Both the position numbers and the translations under genes were made by a program. From contig DASZZP010000083.1 in assembly GCA_035544875.1 (NCBI GenBank), positions 384,219 through 448,218 of the forward strand: 64,000 nt of DNA, written 5' to 3'. A model generated the notes under the pieces. It saw only the letters and a program-made list of their open reading frames with translations. It searched no databases and was not told the origin of the DNA. Source of the DNA: Thermoanaerobaculia bacterium. GTDB lineage: Bacteria > Acidobacteriota > Thermoanaerobaculia > Multivoradales > UBA5704. Position 1 is the first letter of the stretch. The number at the start of each line of letters is the position of its first letter. This document shows positions 1-9,039 of the stretch, one piece after another.

Positions 1-284
1 GCCTATGCGCTTCAACGCTGGCCTGTTCATCAGCCCATCATACGCCCGAGCCCGAGCCAGCAAATCCAAGGCCTTGAACAGGCCAGAGAGCCCAAGACCC
101 CGAACTGTACGCCGCCCTCCAGGCGGCGATGGCACGACTCCGCGAGACTCAGGACCAAGCACACCACAGGCGGATTCGACCGCCTGCATAGCTGTCCGTC
201 CTCGCTGAGGTCAAACCGACCAACTGCCACTACCTCGCCCGCCTGGCGAGCGCCGCAGCCAAGTGCTAAAATAGATGGACGACC

Positions 285-764
285 ATGAGAATCCAGCAAC
301 GCACGCTCTTGATTGGCATGGCTCTCGGCCTCGCCTTCGCCGCCGCGTCCCCGGGCGGCGCTGCGGAACTGTCCGCCCCATCGCCGGCGGCTGGCCCGGC
401 CGAGGTTCTCTTCCCTTGCGTGGCCGATGACACGACCATGTGCCTTAATCATGGCCGCTTCCGGACCACGGCCAACTTCCGCACCAACGAAGGGGTGACG
501 GGGGGAGCTCACGCGGTACCCTTGACCGACGACACGGGTTACTTCTGGTTTTTCAGCTCCAGCAACGTGGAGATCATCGTCAAGGTGCTCAACGGCTGCG
601 GCGTCAACCAGCATTACTGGGTGTTTGCCGGCGGCCTGACCAACGTCAACGTGATCATGAGAGTTGCCGATACGACGAACGAAGGGTTCACGCAGTACGA
701 CAACCGGCCGAATACGCCTTACCAGCCGGTGCAGGACACAACGGCTTTCCCCAACTGTCCCTAG
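285..764 (+). CDS. hypothetical secreted protein (159 aa) with N-terminal signal peptide
   Basis: ATG at 285. N-terminus MRIQQRTLLIGMALGLAFAAASPGGAA resembles a Sec signal peptide. Mature part is Thr/Asn-rich with 4 Cys. Composition is protein-like, unlike the overlapping antisense ORF 30..614. Confidence 0.45.
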   Translation: MRIQQRTLLIGMALGLAFAAASPGGAAELSAPSPAAGPAEVLFPCVADDTTMCLNHGRFRTTANFRTNEGVTGGAHAVPLTDDTGYFWFFSSSNVEIIVKVLNGCGVNQHYWVFAGGLTNVNVIMRVADTTNEGFTQYDNRPNTPYQPVQDTTAFPNCP

Positions 765-815
765 TGCCGTGTACCAGTTGAATCGCTAGCGATTCGGTGG
801 GATGTCGGGAAGGTC

Positions 816-1061
816 TCAGCGATTCGGCGGCGGGGCAGGCTTCGGGGCGGGGGTCGTGGCGGACGTTTCCTTGGCGAGGGCGTCCAGGCGCTGACGCATC
901 GCCTTCTCGCGCGCGCGAATAGCCGCCGTAATCGCGAGCTGCAGCTCGTTCGGCTGAGCCACCTCGGCGGGGGGTGGCGAGGCCGGCGGCAAGCCGAGCC
1001 GCTGGCGAACCCGCTGTCCGGCGGAAGGCTTCAGCGTGAGCGGCGCGAAGTAAGGAGCCAT
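816..1061 (-). CDS. small hypothetical protein (81 aa; Pro/Ala-rich ends, central helical segment)
   Basis: ATG (revcomp of cat at 1059-1061) in frame to the stop at 816. Sequence MAPYFAPLTLKPSAGQRV...LQLAITAAIRAREKAMRQRLDALAKE has ordinary composition. No recognisable family and the SD is weak. Confidence 0.2.
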   Translation of the reverse strand: MAPYFAPLTLKPSAGQRVRQRLGLPPASPPPAEVAQPNELQLAITAAIRAREKAMRQRLDALAKETSATTPAPKPAPPPNR

Positions 1062-1185
1062 CGCCCTGACACTTGGCCGGCGGCGGGTCTGGGTGGTGGA
1101 CTCGCCGCGGTTGCACTCGTTGTGCGGGCTGCCGTAACATCGCCTCAAAATTCGATCAGGCTGGCGCCGAGGAGGAGCCGCGCCG

Positions 1186-2013
1186 ATGAGCCAGGATATT
1201 TCCCGACGGGGTTTCGTGCGGCAGTCGCTCGGATGGACCGCGTCTCTGGTCTGGGGTCTCGACGCTTTCCAGGCGCTGGCCCAGAACGCGGTCGCACTCC
1301 TCAACTACCAAGGTCGCCTGACCGACGCCGCCGGTCTGCCGCGCACCGGCAGCGCCGCCATGACGTTTCGCATCGTCGACGCGGCTGGCAACCCGCTCGG
1401 CTGGGCGGAGACGCATCCGGCAGTACCGCTCGACAACGGCTTCTTCTCGGTGCAGCTCGGCAGCATCACGCCGCTGACGCCCGCGCTCTTCGCCGGCCCA
1501 CCCACCGACTCGTTCGGTCCCGTTCGCCACCTCGAGGTGACCATCGACGGGGAGACGCTGTTGCCCAACCTGCGCATCACGAGCGCCGCGTGGGCCATCG
1601 GCACCGTGGTTGGAGCCACCGGGCCAGCGGGGCCAAGTGGCACCGCCGGGGTGACGGGACCGACGGGGCCGATAGGCGCCACCGGTGCCGGACCCACCGG
1701 TGCCACGGGCCTGGGCGGAGCGACCGGACCGACAGGATCCTCGGGACCCGCCGGCGCCAGCGGACCGACCGGACCGAGCGGTTCGAGCGGCGCTCAAGGA
1801 CCCACCGGGCCCGCCGGGTCGACGGGACCCACCGGGCCGCAGGGCGCGTCGGGAGCCGCCGGAGCCTCCGGAGGTACCGGCCCCACCGGGCCGCAGGGCA
1901 CCTCCGGAACGACCGGTTCGACCGGTCCACAAGGGTCTACCGGGCCAACGGGCCCGATCGGATCGACCGGGCCGGGGTTTGGCGCCACGGGAGCCACCGG
2001 ACCGGGTCCCTAG
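1186..2013 (+). CDS. collagen-like triple-helix repeat protein with twin-arginine-type signal (275 aa)
   Basis: GGAGGAG SD at 1170-1176 and ATG at 1186. N-terminus [24 protein letters not shown] is a Tat-like RRxFV motif. The C-terminal ~150 aa are uninterrupted Gly-X-Y triplets (GPTGP, GATGP, GSTGP and similar). Confidence 0.75.
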   Translation: MSQDISRRGFVRQSLGWTASLVWGLDAFQALAQNAVALLNYQGRLTDAAGLPRTGSAAMTFRIVDAAGNPLGWAETHPAVPLDNGFFSVQLGSITPLTPALFAGPPTDSFGPVRHLEVTIDGETLLPNLRITSAAWAIGTVVGATGPAGPSGTAGVTGPTGPIGATGAGPTGATGLGGATGPTGSSGPAGASGPTGPSGSSGAQGPTGPAGSTGPTGPQGASGAAGASGGTGPTGPQGTSGTTGSTGPQGSTGPTGPIGSTGPGFGATGATGPGP

Positions 2014-2047
2014 CCGGGGCGACGCGGTGCTCCCCCGGATCGCCAGG

Positions 2048-2734
2048 ATGGGTGGCCTGCCAGCAGCCCTGGGTGTTTTCACCCTGATGGCAGGCTTCGG
2101 CTCTCGCGGGCTCCTCGCGCAGAACGTCGTCGTCGAGACCCCCGCACTCACCTCGGGCGGCGGCCTCGCCACCTCGGCCAGCCATCGGCTCTGGAGCTGC
2201 CTCTCCCACGACCCCTCGGGCACGGCGGCGAGCTCCTCGTTCCGCGTACGCGTGGGTTGCGGCGCGGCGCTGGCTGGCGGCGTCATCGTCACCAAGGCGC
2301 CCACCAGCCTCTCCGCCCAAGCGACCCCGTCGTCGGCCCCGGTCGGCGGGAGCATCGCCGATCAAGCCACGCTCTCGGGCGGCGATCGACCCACCGGCAC
2401 GATCACCTTCAACCTCTTCGCCCCTGGCGACACGGGCTGCGCGAGCTCGATCTTCACCTCGACGAAGTCCGTGAGCGGCGATGGCACCTACACCTCCGAC
2501 TCCTTCGCGGCTTTGACTCCAGGCACCTACCGGTGGATCGCGAGCTATAGCGGCGACGCCAACAACCTCGCGGCTGGGCCGACCGTGTGCAGCGATCCGG
2601 TGCAGGCGGCCGTCGTCACTGGGTTCACCGCGGCGATTCCGACGCTCGATCCCCGCGGCCTGGCTCTGCTCGTCCTGCTGCTGGCCGCGGCCGGGCTTCT
2701 CATCGCACGTCGCGCGCCGCTGCCGCCGCGGTGA
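2048..2734 (+). CDS. cell-surface protein with C-terminal IPTL-CTERM sorting domain (228 aa)
   Basis: ATG at 2048, in frame with ORF 1685..2734. N-terminal hydrophobic signal (MGGLPAALGVFTLMAGFGSRGLLAQ). Ser/Thr/Gly-rich body. C-terminus ...AAIPTLDPRGLALLVLLLAAAGLLIARRAPLPPR has an IPTL motif, a TM helix and a basic tail, which is the IPTL-CTERM architecture (TIGR04174-like). Confidence 0.65.
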   Translation: MGGLPAALGVFTLMAGFGSRGLLAQNVVVETPALTSGGGLATSASHRLWSCLSHDPSGTAASSSFRVRVGCGAALAGGVIVTKAPTSLSAQATPSSAPVGGSIADQATLSGGDRPTGTITFNLFAPGDTGCASSIFTSTKSVSGDGTYTSDSFAALTPGTYRWIASYSGDANNLAAGPTVCSDPVQAAVVTGFTAAIPTLDPRGLALLVLLLAAAGLLIARRAPLPPR

Positions 2735-2748
2735 GCCCCGCCGCCAGC

Positions 2749-5700
2749 ATGCCGCGAACAGCCCAGCCTGGCGACCGGCGGCCGACGATCTGCCTGTCGA
2801 TGATCGTGCGCGACGAGGCGCACATCGTCACCGAGGCGCTCGCCTGCCTGGCGCCTCATCTCGACTATTGGGTCGTGGTCGACACCGGCTCGACCGACGC
2901 CACCCGTGACGTGGTGCGCGACTTCTTCGGCGACCGCGGCATCCCCGGCGAGCTCCACGAGCGCCCCTGGCGCGACTTCGGTGCCAACCGCACCGAGGCG
3001 CTCGAGCTGGCGCGCGGCAAGGCCGACTATCTATGGGTCTTCGACGCCGACGACCTGCTGCGCGGCACGCCCGACCTCACCGAGCTCACCCACGACGCCT
3101 ACTCTCTGCGCTTCGACGGCGACCTGCGCTACTGGCGTCCCTTGCTGTTCCGCTCCGACCGCGCCTGGCGCTTCGTCGGCGAGCTGCACGAGTACGCCCA
3201 GTGCGCCGATGGGCCGGCGACCATCGCCAGGCTCGCCGGGGATCACGCGGCCGAGTCGCGCCGGCTCGGCGCGCGCAACCGGCCGGCGGACAAGTACGAT
3301 CGCGACGCCGCGGTGTTCGCCGCCGCGGTGGCGCGCGACCCCAACGACACCCGCAGCCTCTTCTACCTCGCGCAGAGCCACCAGGACGCCGGGCGGCTGC
3401 GCGAGGCGCGGGCCCTCTACGAACGACGCGCCGCCCTCGGCGGCTGGGGCGAGGAGGTCTACGTCGCCCTGCTGCGCGCCGCGCGCTGCCGGCGCGACCT
3501 CGGCCGGCCGTGGCCGCAGCTTCTGCCGGCGTTCCTCGCTGCCTGGTCGGCGCGCCCGACGCGCGCCGAGGCGCTGGTCGACCTGGCCGCCGTCGCCCGA
3601 CTCGCCGGGCGCTGGCCGGAGGCGCACCTGTTCGCCAGCCGGGCGGCGGCGATTCCGGATCCGGTCGACGACGAGCTGTTCGTCGAGCCGGCCGCCTATG
3701 CCTGGCGGGCCCTCGACGAGCTGGCGATCGCCGCGTACTACCTCGGCGACCTCGAGGAGTCGTTCCGCATCAACAGCGAGCTGCTGGCCCGCTCGCGGCT
3801 GCCCGAGCGCGAGCGCGGGCGCATCGAGAGCAACCGCGACTTCTCGGTGCCGCGGGTCAAGGACTCCAGGCTGCAGCACGACGCGGCGATCGTTAGGCGC
3901 ATCCTGGCGCGGTCGCGCGCGACCGCTCCTCGGGTCACCCTCACCATCACCAGCTGCCGGCGGCGGGACCTCTTCGAGAAGACGGTGTGCTCTTTCCTCA
4001 ACGCCTGTACCGACCTCGACCTGATCGACCGCTGGCTCTGCGTCGACGACGGCTCGAGCCCCGAAGACCGCCGCGAGATGCAGCGGCTCTTCCCCTTCTT
4101 CGAGTACGTCTGGAAGGGACCCGAGGAGCGCGGCCACGCGCGCAGCATGAACATCATCCGCGGCGCCGTGCGTACCCCCTTCCTCGTCCACCTCGAGGAC
4201 GATTGGCATTTCTTCGAGCGCCGCGACTACGTCGGGCCGGCGATCCGCATCCTCGAACGCGAGCCCGAGCTCGGCCAGGTCCTCTTCAACCGCAACTACG
4301 CCGAGGTGCTCGCGGACCGCGACATTCCCGGCGGGCAGCTGCGGGTGTCGCCGGCGGGCGATCGCTACGTCGTGCACGAGCACCACGACCCGGGCTCGGA
4401 GTTGTATCGCCGCCTGGCGGAGGTCCATCGGCGGCCCTCCAACGTCTACTGGCCCCACTACTCGCTCCGCCCCTCGCTGCTGCGCGCCACCGTCTTCGAG
4501 CGGGTGGGCCCCTTCGACGAGCAAGCCTCCCACTTCGAGCTCGACTACGCGCGCCGCTACGTCCACGCGCGCCTCTCCTCGGCCTTCTTCGACGGCGTCA
4601 ACTGCCTGCACATCGGCAGGCTCACCAGCGAGCGCGACGATACGGCAAAGCCGAATGCCTACGGGCTCAACGGCATGCCACGGTTCGACGACCGGCCGAT
4701 ACGCGTGCAGCTGCTCGCCAACTGGTGCACCAGCGAAGAGCTCTGCCGCATGTGGGAGAAGATGTCGCGCGGCGGCGGCCGCTGGGGACGGCTGGAGGTC
4801 ACGGCCGGCGGCGATGTCGACTTCCATGCGGTGATCAACGCCGCGCCGCCCGGGGCCGCGGTCGACCCGGCGCGGACGATCGTCTTCCACATGGAGCCGC
4901 GCAGCACCATCGCATCGATGCCCGCCGAGTGGCGCGATCCGGATCCGGCGCGTTTCCTCCAGGTGCGCAGCCACGCCGCCTTCCCCAACGTCTGCGAGTG
5001 GCACCTCGGTCCGACCTACGACGAGCTCTGCGCGCTGCCGATCGAGAAGACCCGGACCCTCTCCACCGTCACCTCCTCGCTCCACTTCTGTCCCGGCCAT
5101 CGGGCACGGATCGCCTTCATCAAGCACCTCGAGGCGAACGGCGTGCCGATCGACGTCTACGGCTGGAGCAACCATCACGGCTTCGCCGGTTACCGCGGAG
5201 CGTTGCCGCGGATGTGCAAGGACGCGGGCCTGTTCCCCTATCGCTACACCTTCGCAGCGGAGAACCACTGGGAAAGGAACTACTTCACCGAGAAGATCGT
5301 CGACGCGATCCTCGCCGAGTGCCTCTGCTTCTACTCGGGTTGCCCGAACCTCGCCGGCCACCTCGACCCGGCGGCCTACGTGGCCCTCGACCTCGACGAC
5401 TTCGCAGCGGCGGCCCGCACCATCGAGACGACGATCGCCAACGGCGAGTGGGAGAAGCGGCTCGACGCCATCCGGCGCGAAAAGCGGCGGATCCTCGACC
5501 AGCTCCAGTTCTTCCCCACTTTGGAGCGGATCGTCGTCGCGGCGCAGGCGGGGATGCCGTTGCCGACGTGCGACGCCGAGGATCTGGACGTCGTCCTGAT
5601 CAACCTCGATCGCCGGCCCGATCGCCTCGCCGCGTTTCGCGCGCAGGCGGAGCGCAGCGGGCTCTCCTACCGGCGGGTCGCAGCGGTCGACGGTCAGGCC

Positions 5701-6246
5701 ATCGCGCTCACCGCCGAGATCCGCCAGCTCTTCCGCGACAACGACTTCGGCTACCGCCGCAGCGTCGTCGGCTGCGCCCTCAGTCACCTCGGCGTCTGGC
5801 GAGCGGTCCGCCGGCCGACGCTGGTGCTCGAAGACGACGTCGAGCTCGCGGAGGCCTTCGTCCCGGGCCTGCGCTCGATCCTGGAGCAGGCCCGCAGCAC
5901 CGACCCTGACTGGGACCTCGTCTTCCTCGGGTACACCCCCTGGGAGGCACGCTTCGCCGAGCCGCCGCGCGAAGGGGGCGATCCGCGCCTGCAGCCCATG
6001 GGCTGGCTCGACTACATGGGCGGCTTGTTCGGCTACCTGGTGTCGCCCGCGGGAGCGCGCAAGCTGGTCGACCAGGCCACCACCGGCGGCATCCGCCACG
6101 GCATCGACCGCTTCGTCCATCACTCCGACCGCGGGCTGCGGGTCTACAGCGCCCTGCCGAGCATCGCGTTCTCGCCGTGCGCCCGGCTCGACGGCCAGGG
6201 CGACACCGACATCCAGCGCGACTTCACCCCGCTCGCGCCGGACTGA
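2749..6246 (+). CDS. multidomain glycosyltransferase (1166 aa): GT2 - TPR-like - GT2 - GT10-like (alpha-1,3-fucosyltransferase motif) - GT25-like
   Basis: ATG at 2749, in frame with ORF 2587..6246. GT2 signatures: ICLSMIVRDEAHIV...VVDTGSTD...DADD, and a second one VTLTITSCRRRDLFEKT...CVDDGSSPED. FucT-type motif YTFAAENHWERNYFTEKIVDA (FENS...Y.TEK). GT25-like C-terminus VVLINLDRRPDRLAAFRAQ...VVGCALSHLGVW...LEDD. TPR-like Ala/Leu-rich region lies between the first two modules. Confidence 0.8.
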   Translation: MPRTAQPGDRRPTICLSMIVRDEAHIVTEALACLAPHLDYWVVVDTGSTDATRDVVRDFFGDRGIPGELHERPWRDFGANRTEALELARGKADYLWVFDADDLLRGTPDLTELTHDAYSLRFDGDLRYWRPLLFRSDRAWRFVGELHEYAQCADGPATIARLAGDHAAESRRLGARNRPADKYDRDAAVFAAAVARDPNDTRSLFYLAQSHQDAGRLREARALYERRAALGGWGEEVYVALLRAARCRRDLGRPWPQLLPAFLAAWSARPTRAEALVDLAAVARLAGRWPEAHLFASRAAAIPDPVDDELFVEPAAYAWRALDELAIAAYYLGDLEESFRINSELLARSRLPERERGRIESNRDFSVPRVKDSRLQHDAAIVRRILARSRATAPRVTLTITSCRRRDLFEKTVCSFLNACTDLDLIDRWLCVDDGSSPEDRREMQRLFPFFEYVWKGPEERGHARSMNIIRGAVRTPFLVHLEDDWHFFERRDYVGPAIRILEREPELGQVLFNRNYAEVLADRDIPGGQLRVSPAGDRYVVHEHHDPGSELYRRLAEVHRRPSNVYWPHYSLRPSLLRATVFERVGPFDEQASHFELDYARRYVHARLSSAFFDGVNCLHIGRLTSERDDTAKPNAYGLNGMPRFDDRPIRVQLLANWCTSEELCRMWEKMSRGGGRWGRLEVTAGGDVDFHAVINAAPPGAAVDPARTIVFHMEPRSTIASMPAEWRDPDPARFLQVRSHAAFPNVCEWHLGPTYDELCALPIEKTRTLSTVTSSLHFCPGHRARIAFIKHLEANGVPIDVYGWSNHHGFAGYRGALPRMCKDAGLFPYRYTFAAENHWERNYFTEKIVDAILAECLCFYSGCPNLAGHLDPAAYVALDLDDFAAAARTIETTIANGEWEKRLDAIRREKRRILDQLQFFPTLERIVVAAQAGMPLPTCDAEDLDVVLINLDRRPDRLAAFRAQAERSGLSYRRVAAVDGQAIALTAEIRQLFRDNDFGYRRSVVGCALSHLGVWRAVRRPTLVLEDDVELAEAFVPGLRSILEQARSTDPDWDLVFLGYTPWEARFAEPPREGGDPRLQPMGWLDYMGGLFGYLVSPAGARKLVDQATTGGIRHGIDRFVHHSDRGLRVYSALPSIAFSPCARLDGQGDTDIQRDFTPLAPD

Positions 6247-6270
6247 TCACGGTGGGCGGCCTCCGGGCAG

Positions 6271-8802
6271 TCAGGTCGCGAAGGCCATCGCCAGCAGCGT
6301 CGCCTGCTCCAGGGCGTGGGCCTTGGCCGAGCCGGTGGCGGGGCTGCCGGCGGCGTGCCGGCGGACCGAGCGCACCGGGTGGCCGGCCAGGCGCTCGAGC
6401 CGCGGATGGACATAGAACAGGGCACCCATGTTGGCCGGCTCCTCCTGCACCCAGACGAGATCGTGGCAGGCGGGATGGCGGGCCAGCTCGGCGGCGATTT
6501 CACTCTTCGGGAACGGGTAGAGCTGGTCGATGGCGATGATTGCCGTCGTCGTCGCGGTCGCTGTCGTGGCAGCGGTCGCCGTGGTCGCCGCGCCAGCCGG
6601 GCCGCGCCGCCGCGCCCGCTCCCGGCGCAGCTCGTGGGCGATCTTGCCGCTGCAGAACAGCAGCCGCTGCGCGTTTTCCACCGCGGGGTCCGGGATGACG
6701 TTCAGGAAACGCTCGCGGCTGAGCTCTGCGAGCGGCGACGACGAATCGCGGTGGCGCAGCATGCTCTTGGGCGTCATCACCACCAGTGGCTTGCGCCAGG
6801 GGCGCAGCGCCTGCCGCCGCAGGAGGTGGAAGTACTGCGCCGCGGTCGACGGCTGGCAGACCTGGATGTTGTCCTCGGCGGCGAGCTGCAGGAAGCGCTC
6901 GAGGCGCGCGCTGGAATGCTCCGGGCCCTGGCCTTCGTAGCCGTGCGGGAGGAGCAGGACCAGCCCCGAGAGCAGGTTCCACTTGCCCTCGCTGGCGGCG
7001 ATGAACTGGTCGATGATGATCTGCGCGCCGTTGGCGAAATCGCCGAACTGCGCCTCCCAGAGGACCAGGGCGTCAGGGTAATCGCGGCTGTAGCCGTACT
7101 CGAAACCGAGCACCGCCGCCTCCGAGAGCATCGAATCGTAGATCTCGAAGCGCGCCTGGCCGGCGGCCACGTGCGCGAGCGGCGTGTGCTCGCCGCCGGT
7201 CTCGACGTCGATCAGCACGGCGTGGCGCTGGGCGAAGGTGCCGCGCCGGGTGTCCTGCCCGCTCATCCGCACCGGCACCCCCTGGCGGACCAGCGAGGCG
7301 AAGGCCAGCGCCTCGGCCATGCCATAGTCGAGCGGCCGCTTGCCGTGCCCCATCTCGGCGCGCTCCGCGAGCAGGGCCTTGATCTTCTTGTGCACCGCGA
7401 AGCTCTGCGGCCAGCTGGTCAGCGGCGCGGTCAGCTCGCCGAGCGTCTCGGCAGGCAGGCCGGTCGCGACCTCGTACTCGGGTTTGAACGGACCCCCCTT
7501 ATAGGGGTCCCAGTACGCCGGCAGGGTGCGCAGCGACGCGCGCTTCTCGAGCCCCTTGGCCTCGCCCTGGGCGGCGTCGAGCTCGGCGCGCACCACCGCC
7601 TCGCGCCGCTCGGCCTCGTCGTCGGCCAGGCCGATCCGCTGGGCGTAGATCTTCCACAGCGGCGGATGCGCCTCGATCTTCTTGTAGAGCAGCGGCTGGG
7701 TGATGGTCGGATCGTCGACTTCGCTGTGGCCGTAGCGGCGGAAGCCGATCAGATCGACGACCACGTCGGAATGAAAGGCGTAGCGGTAATCGACCGCCAT
7801 CGCCGCCACCCGCGCCACCGCCTCCGGGTCCTCGGCGTTGACGTGAAAGATGGGGATCGGCAGGCGCTTGGCGATGTCGGAGGCGAAGCGCGAGGATTGC
7901 AGGCTCGCCGGCTCGGTGGTGAAGCCGATCATGTTGTTGACGATGACGTGCACGGTGCCGCCGACCCGGTAGCCGGGGAGCTCGGCCAGGTTGAGCGTCT
8001 CGGCCAGCACCCCCTGGCCGGCGAAGGCGGCGTCGCCGTGCAGCACGATCGGCATCACCAGGGTGCGGTCGCGGTCGCCGAGCCGCACCTGCTTGGCGCG
8101 CACGCGGCCGACCGCCACCGGGTCGACGGCTTCGAGATGGCTCGGGTTCGACACCAGGTGGAGGTCGATCTCGCGGCCGTTTCGCGCCCTGAAGGTGCCG
8201 GTCGCGCCCATGTGATACTTGACGTCGCCGCCCCCCAGCACGCTGCGCGGATCGACGTCCTCGAAGCCGGCGAAGATCTGCGCCGCCGGGCGCCCGACGA
8301 CGTTGACCATCACCGCGAGCCGGCCGCGGTGGCTCATCGCCAGCACCACCTGTCTGGCCTCGTGCGCCGCGGCGCTCTCGAGCATCTCGGTGAGCAGCGG
8401 GATGAGCGCAACGACGCCCTCGATCGAGAACCGCTTGCTCCCCAGGTAACGCGTCTGGACCAGGGTCTCGAAGGTCTCGGCGCGCAGGATCTCATCGAAG
8501 ATACGCTGCCGGTCCGGCTCTCCTGGCGCCGGCGCCTCCATGCGCTCGCCGAGCCAGCGCCGCCGCTCGGCGGCCGGGATGTGCATGAACTCGACGCCGA
8601 TCGTTCCGCAGTAGACCCGGCGGGCGAAGGCCGCGGTCTCCGCGTCGGCCAGCTCGGCGAGCGCCGGCTGCGGCTCGGCGGCGAGCCGGCGCAGCGGATC
8701 GAGGTCGGCCTGCAGGAAGCCCAACCGGCGAAAGGCGTTCAGCGTCTTCTGATCGAGCTTGCCGCGGGGCTCCGCGACGGCGGTGGCGATCTCGGTGGTC
8801 AT
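6271..8802 (-). CDS. sucA: 2-oxoglutarate dehydrogenase E1 component
   Basis: Start MTTEIATAV is the revcomp of cat at 8800-8802. ORF 6271..9327 shows strong OGDH E1 similarity throughout (ThDP-binding GDAAFAGQG, transketolase-like C-terminus). The upstream in-frame extension is non-coding because it runs into the intergenic repeat. Confidence 0.9.
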   Translation of the reverse strand: MTTEIATAVAEPRGKLDQKTLNAFRRLGFLQADLDPLRRLAAEPQPALAELADAETAAFARRVYCGTIGVEFMHIPAAERRRWLGERMEAPAPGEPDRQRIFDEILRAETFETLVQTRYLGSKRFSIEGVVALIPLLTEMLESAAAHEARQVVLAMSHRGRLAVMVNVVGRPAAQIFAGFEDVDPRSVLGGGDVKYHMGATGTFRARNGREIDLHLVSNPSHLEAVDPVAVGRVRAKQVRLGDRDRTLVMPIVLHGDAAFAGQGVLAETLNLAELPGYRVGGTVHVIVNNMIGFTTEPASLQSSRFASDIAKRLPIPIFHVNAEDPEAVARVAAMAVDYRYAFHSDVVVDLIGFRRYGHSEVDDPTITQPLLYKKIEAHPPLWKIYAQRIGLADDEAERREAVVRAELDAAQGEAKGLEKRASLRTLPAYWDPYKGGPFKPEYEVATGLPAETLGELTAPLTSWPQSFAVHKKIKALLAERAEMGHGKRPLDYGMAEALAFASLVRQGVPVRMSGQDTRRGTFAQRHAVLIDVETGGEHTPLAHVAAGQARFEIYDSMLSEAAVLGFEYGYSRDYPDALVLWEAQFGDFANGAQIIIDQFIAASEGKWNLLSGLVLLLPHGYEGQGPEHSSARLERFLQLAAEDNIQVCQPSTAAQYFHLLRRQALRPWRKPLVVMTPKSMLRHRDSSSPLAELSRERFLNVIPDPAVENAQRLLFCSGKIAHELRRERARRRGPAGAATTATAATTATATTTAIIAIDQLYPFPKSEIAAELARHPACHDLVWVQEEPANMGALFYVHPRLERLAGHPVRSVRRHAAGSPATGSAKAHALEQATLLAMAFAT

Positions 8803-9039
8803 GGCGCGATCAGGATACCGCTTTCCGCTCCCCGGCCGCGACAGCGAGCGGCGCCAGACGCGGCAGATCTCTTGGACCGTCGCTGCGTATAGCAGGGTGG
8901 CCGCCGGCCGCCGCTCAAAGGGATGGGAGCCGATCCTCGCGGGCGCCGGGGAACTGGCCGATAATGCGCTGACCTCGCTGACCTCGACGACTTCGATGAC
9001 CTCCATCGGGGCCGATACCGGGGTCGAGGCGATCGCACT

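Noticed and set aside
30-614. 194-aa minus-strand ORF at the window start
   Set aside because: Overlaps the plus-strand signal-peptide protein 285..764. Its composition is Arg/Gly/Ala-biased without motifs. The plus-strand gene is preferred, though with moderate confidence only.
1600-2013. Possible CRISPR-like periodicity in repetitive DNA
   Set aside because: The periodicity is 9-bp GGN-CCN-NNN coding repeats of a collagen-like protein, not 28-37-bp direct repeats with unique spacers. No cas genes anywhere in the window.
1156-2355. 399-aa minus-strand ORF and the 321-aa plus-strand ORF 1122..2087
   Set aside because: Both are alternative frames of the Gly-X-Y repeat region of the collagen-like gene. 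Only frame 1186..2013 gives a signal peptide plus regular collagen triplets.
3031-6123. 1030-aa ORF on the minus strand
   Set aside because: Lies entirely antisense to the multidomain glycosyltransferase gene. Arg/Ala/Gly/Val-rich composition typical of out-of-frame translation of 70% GC DNA. No domain signal, while the plus-strand frame has clear GT motifs.
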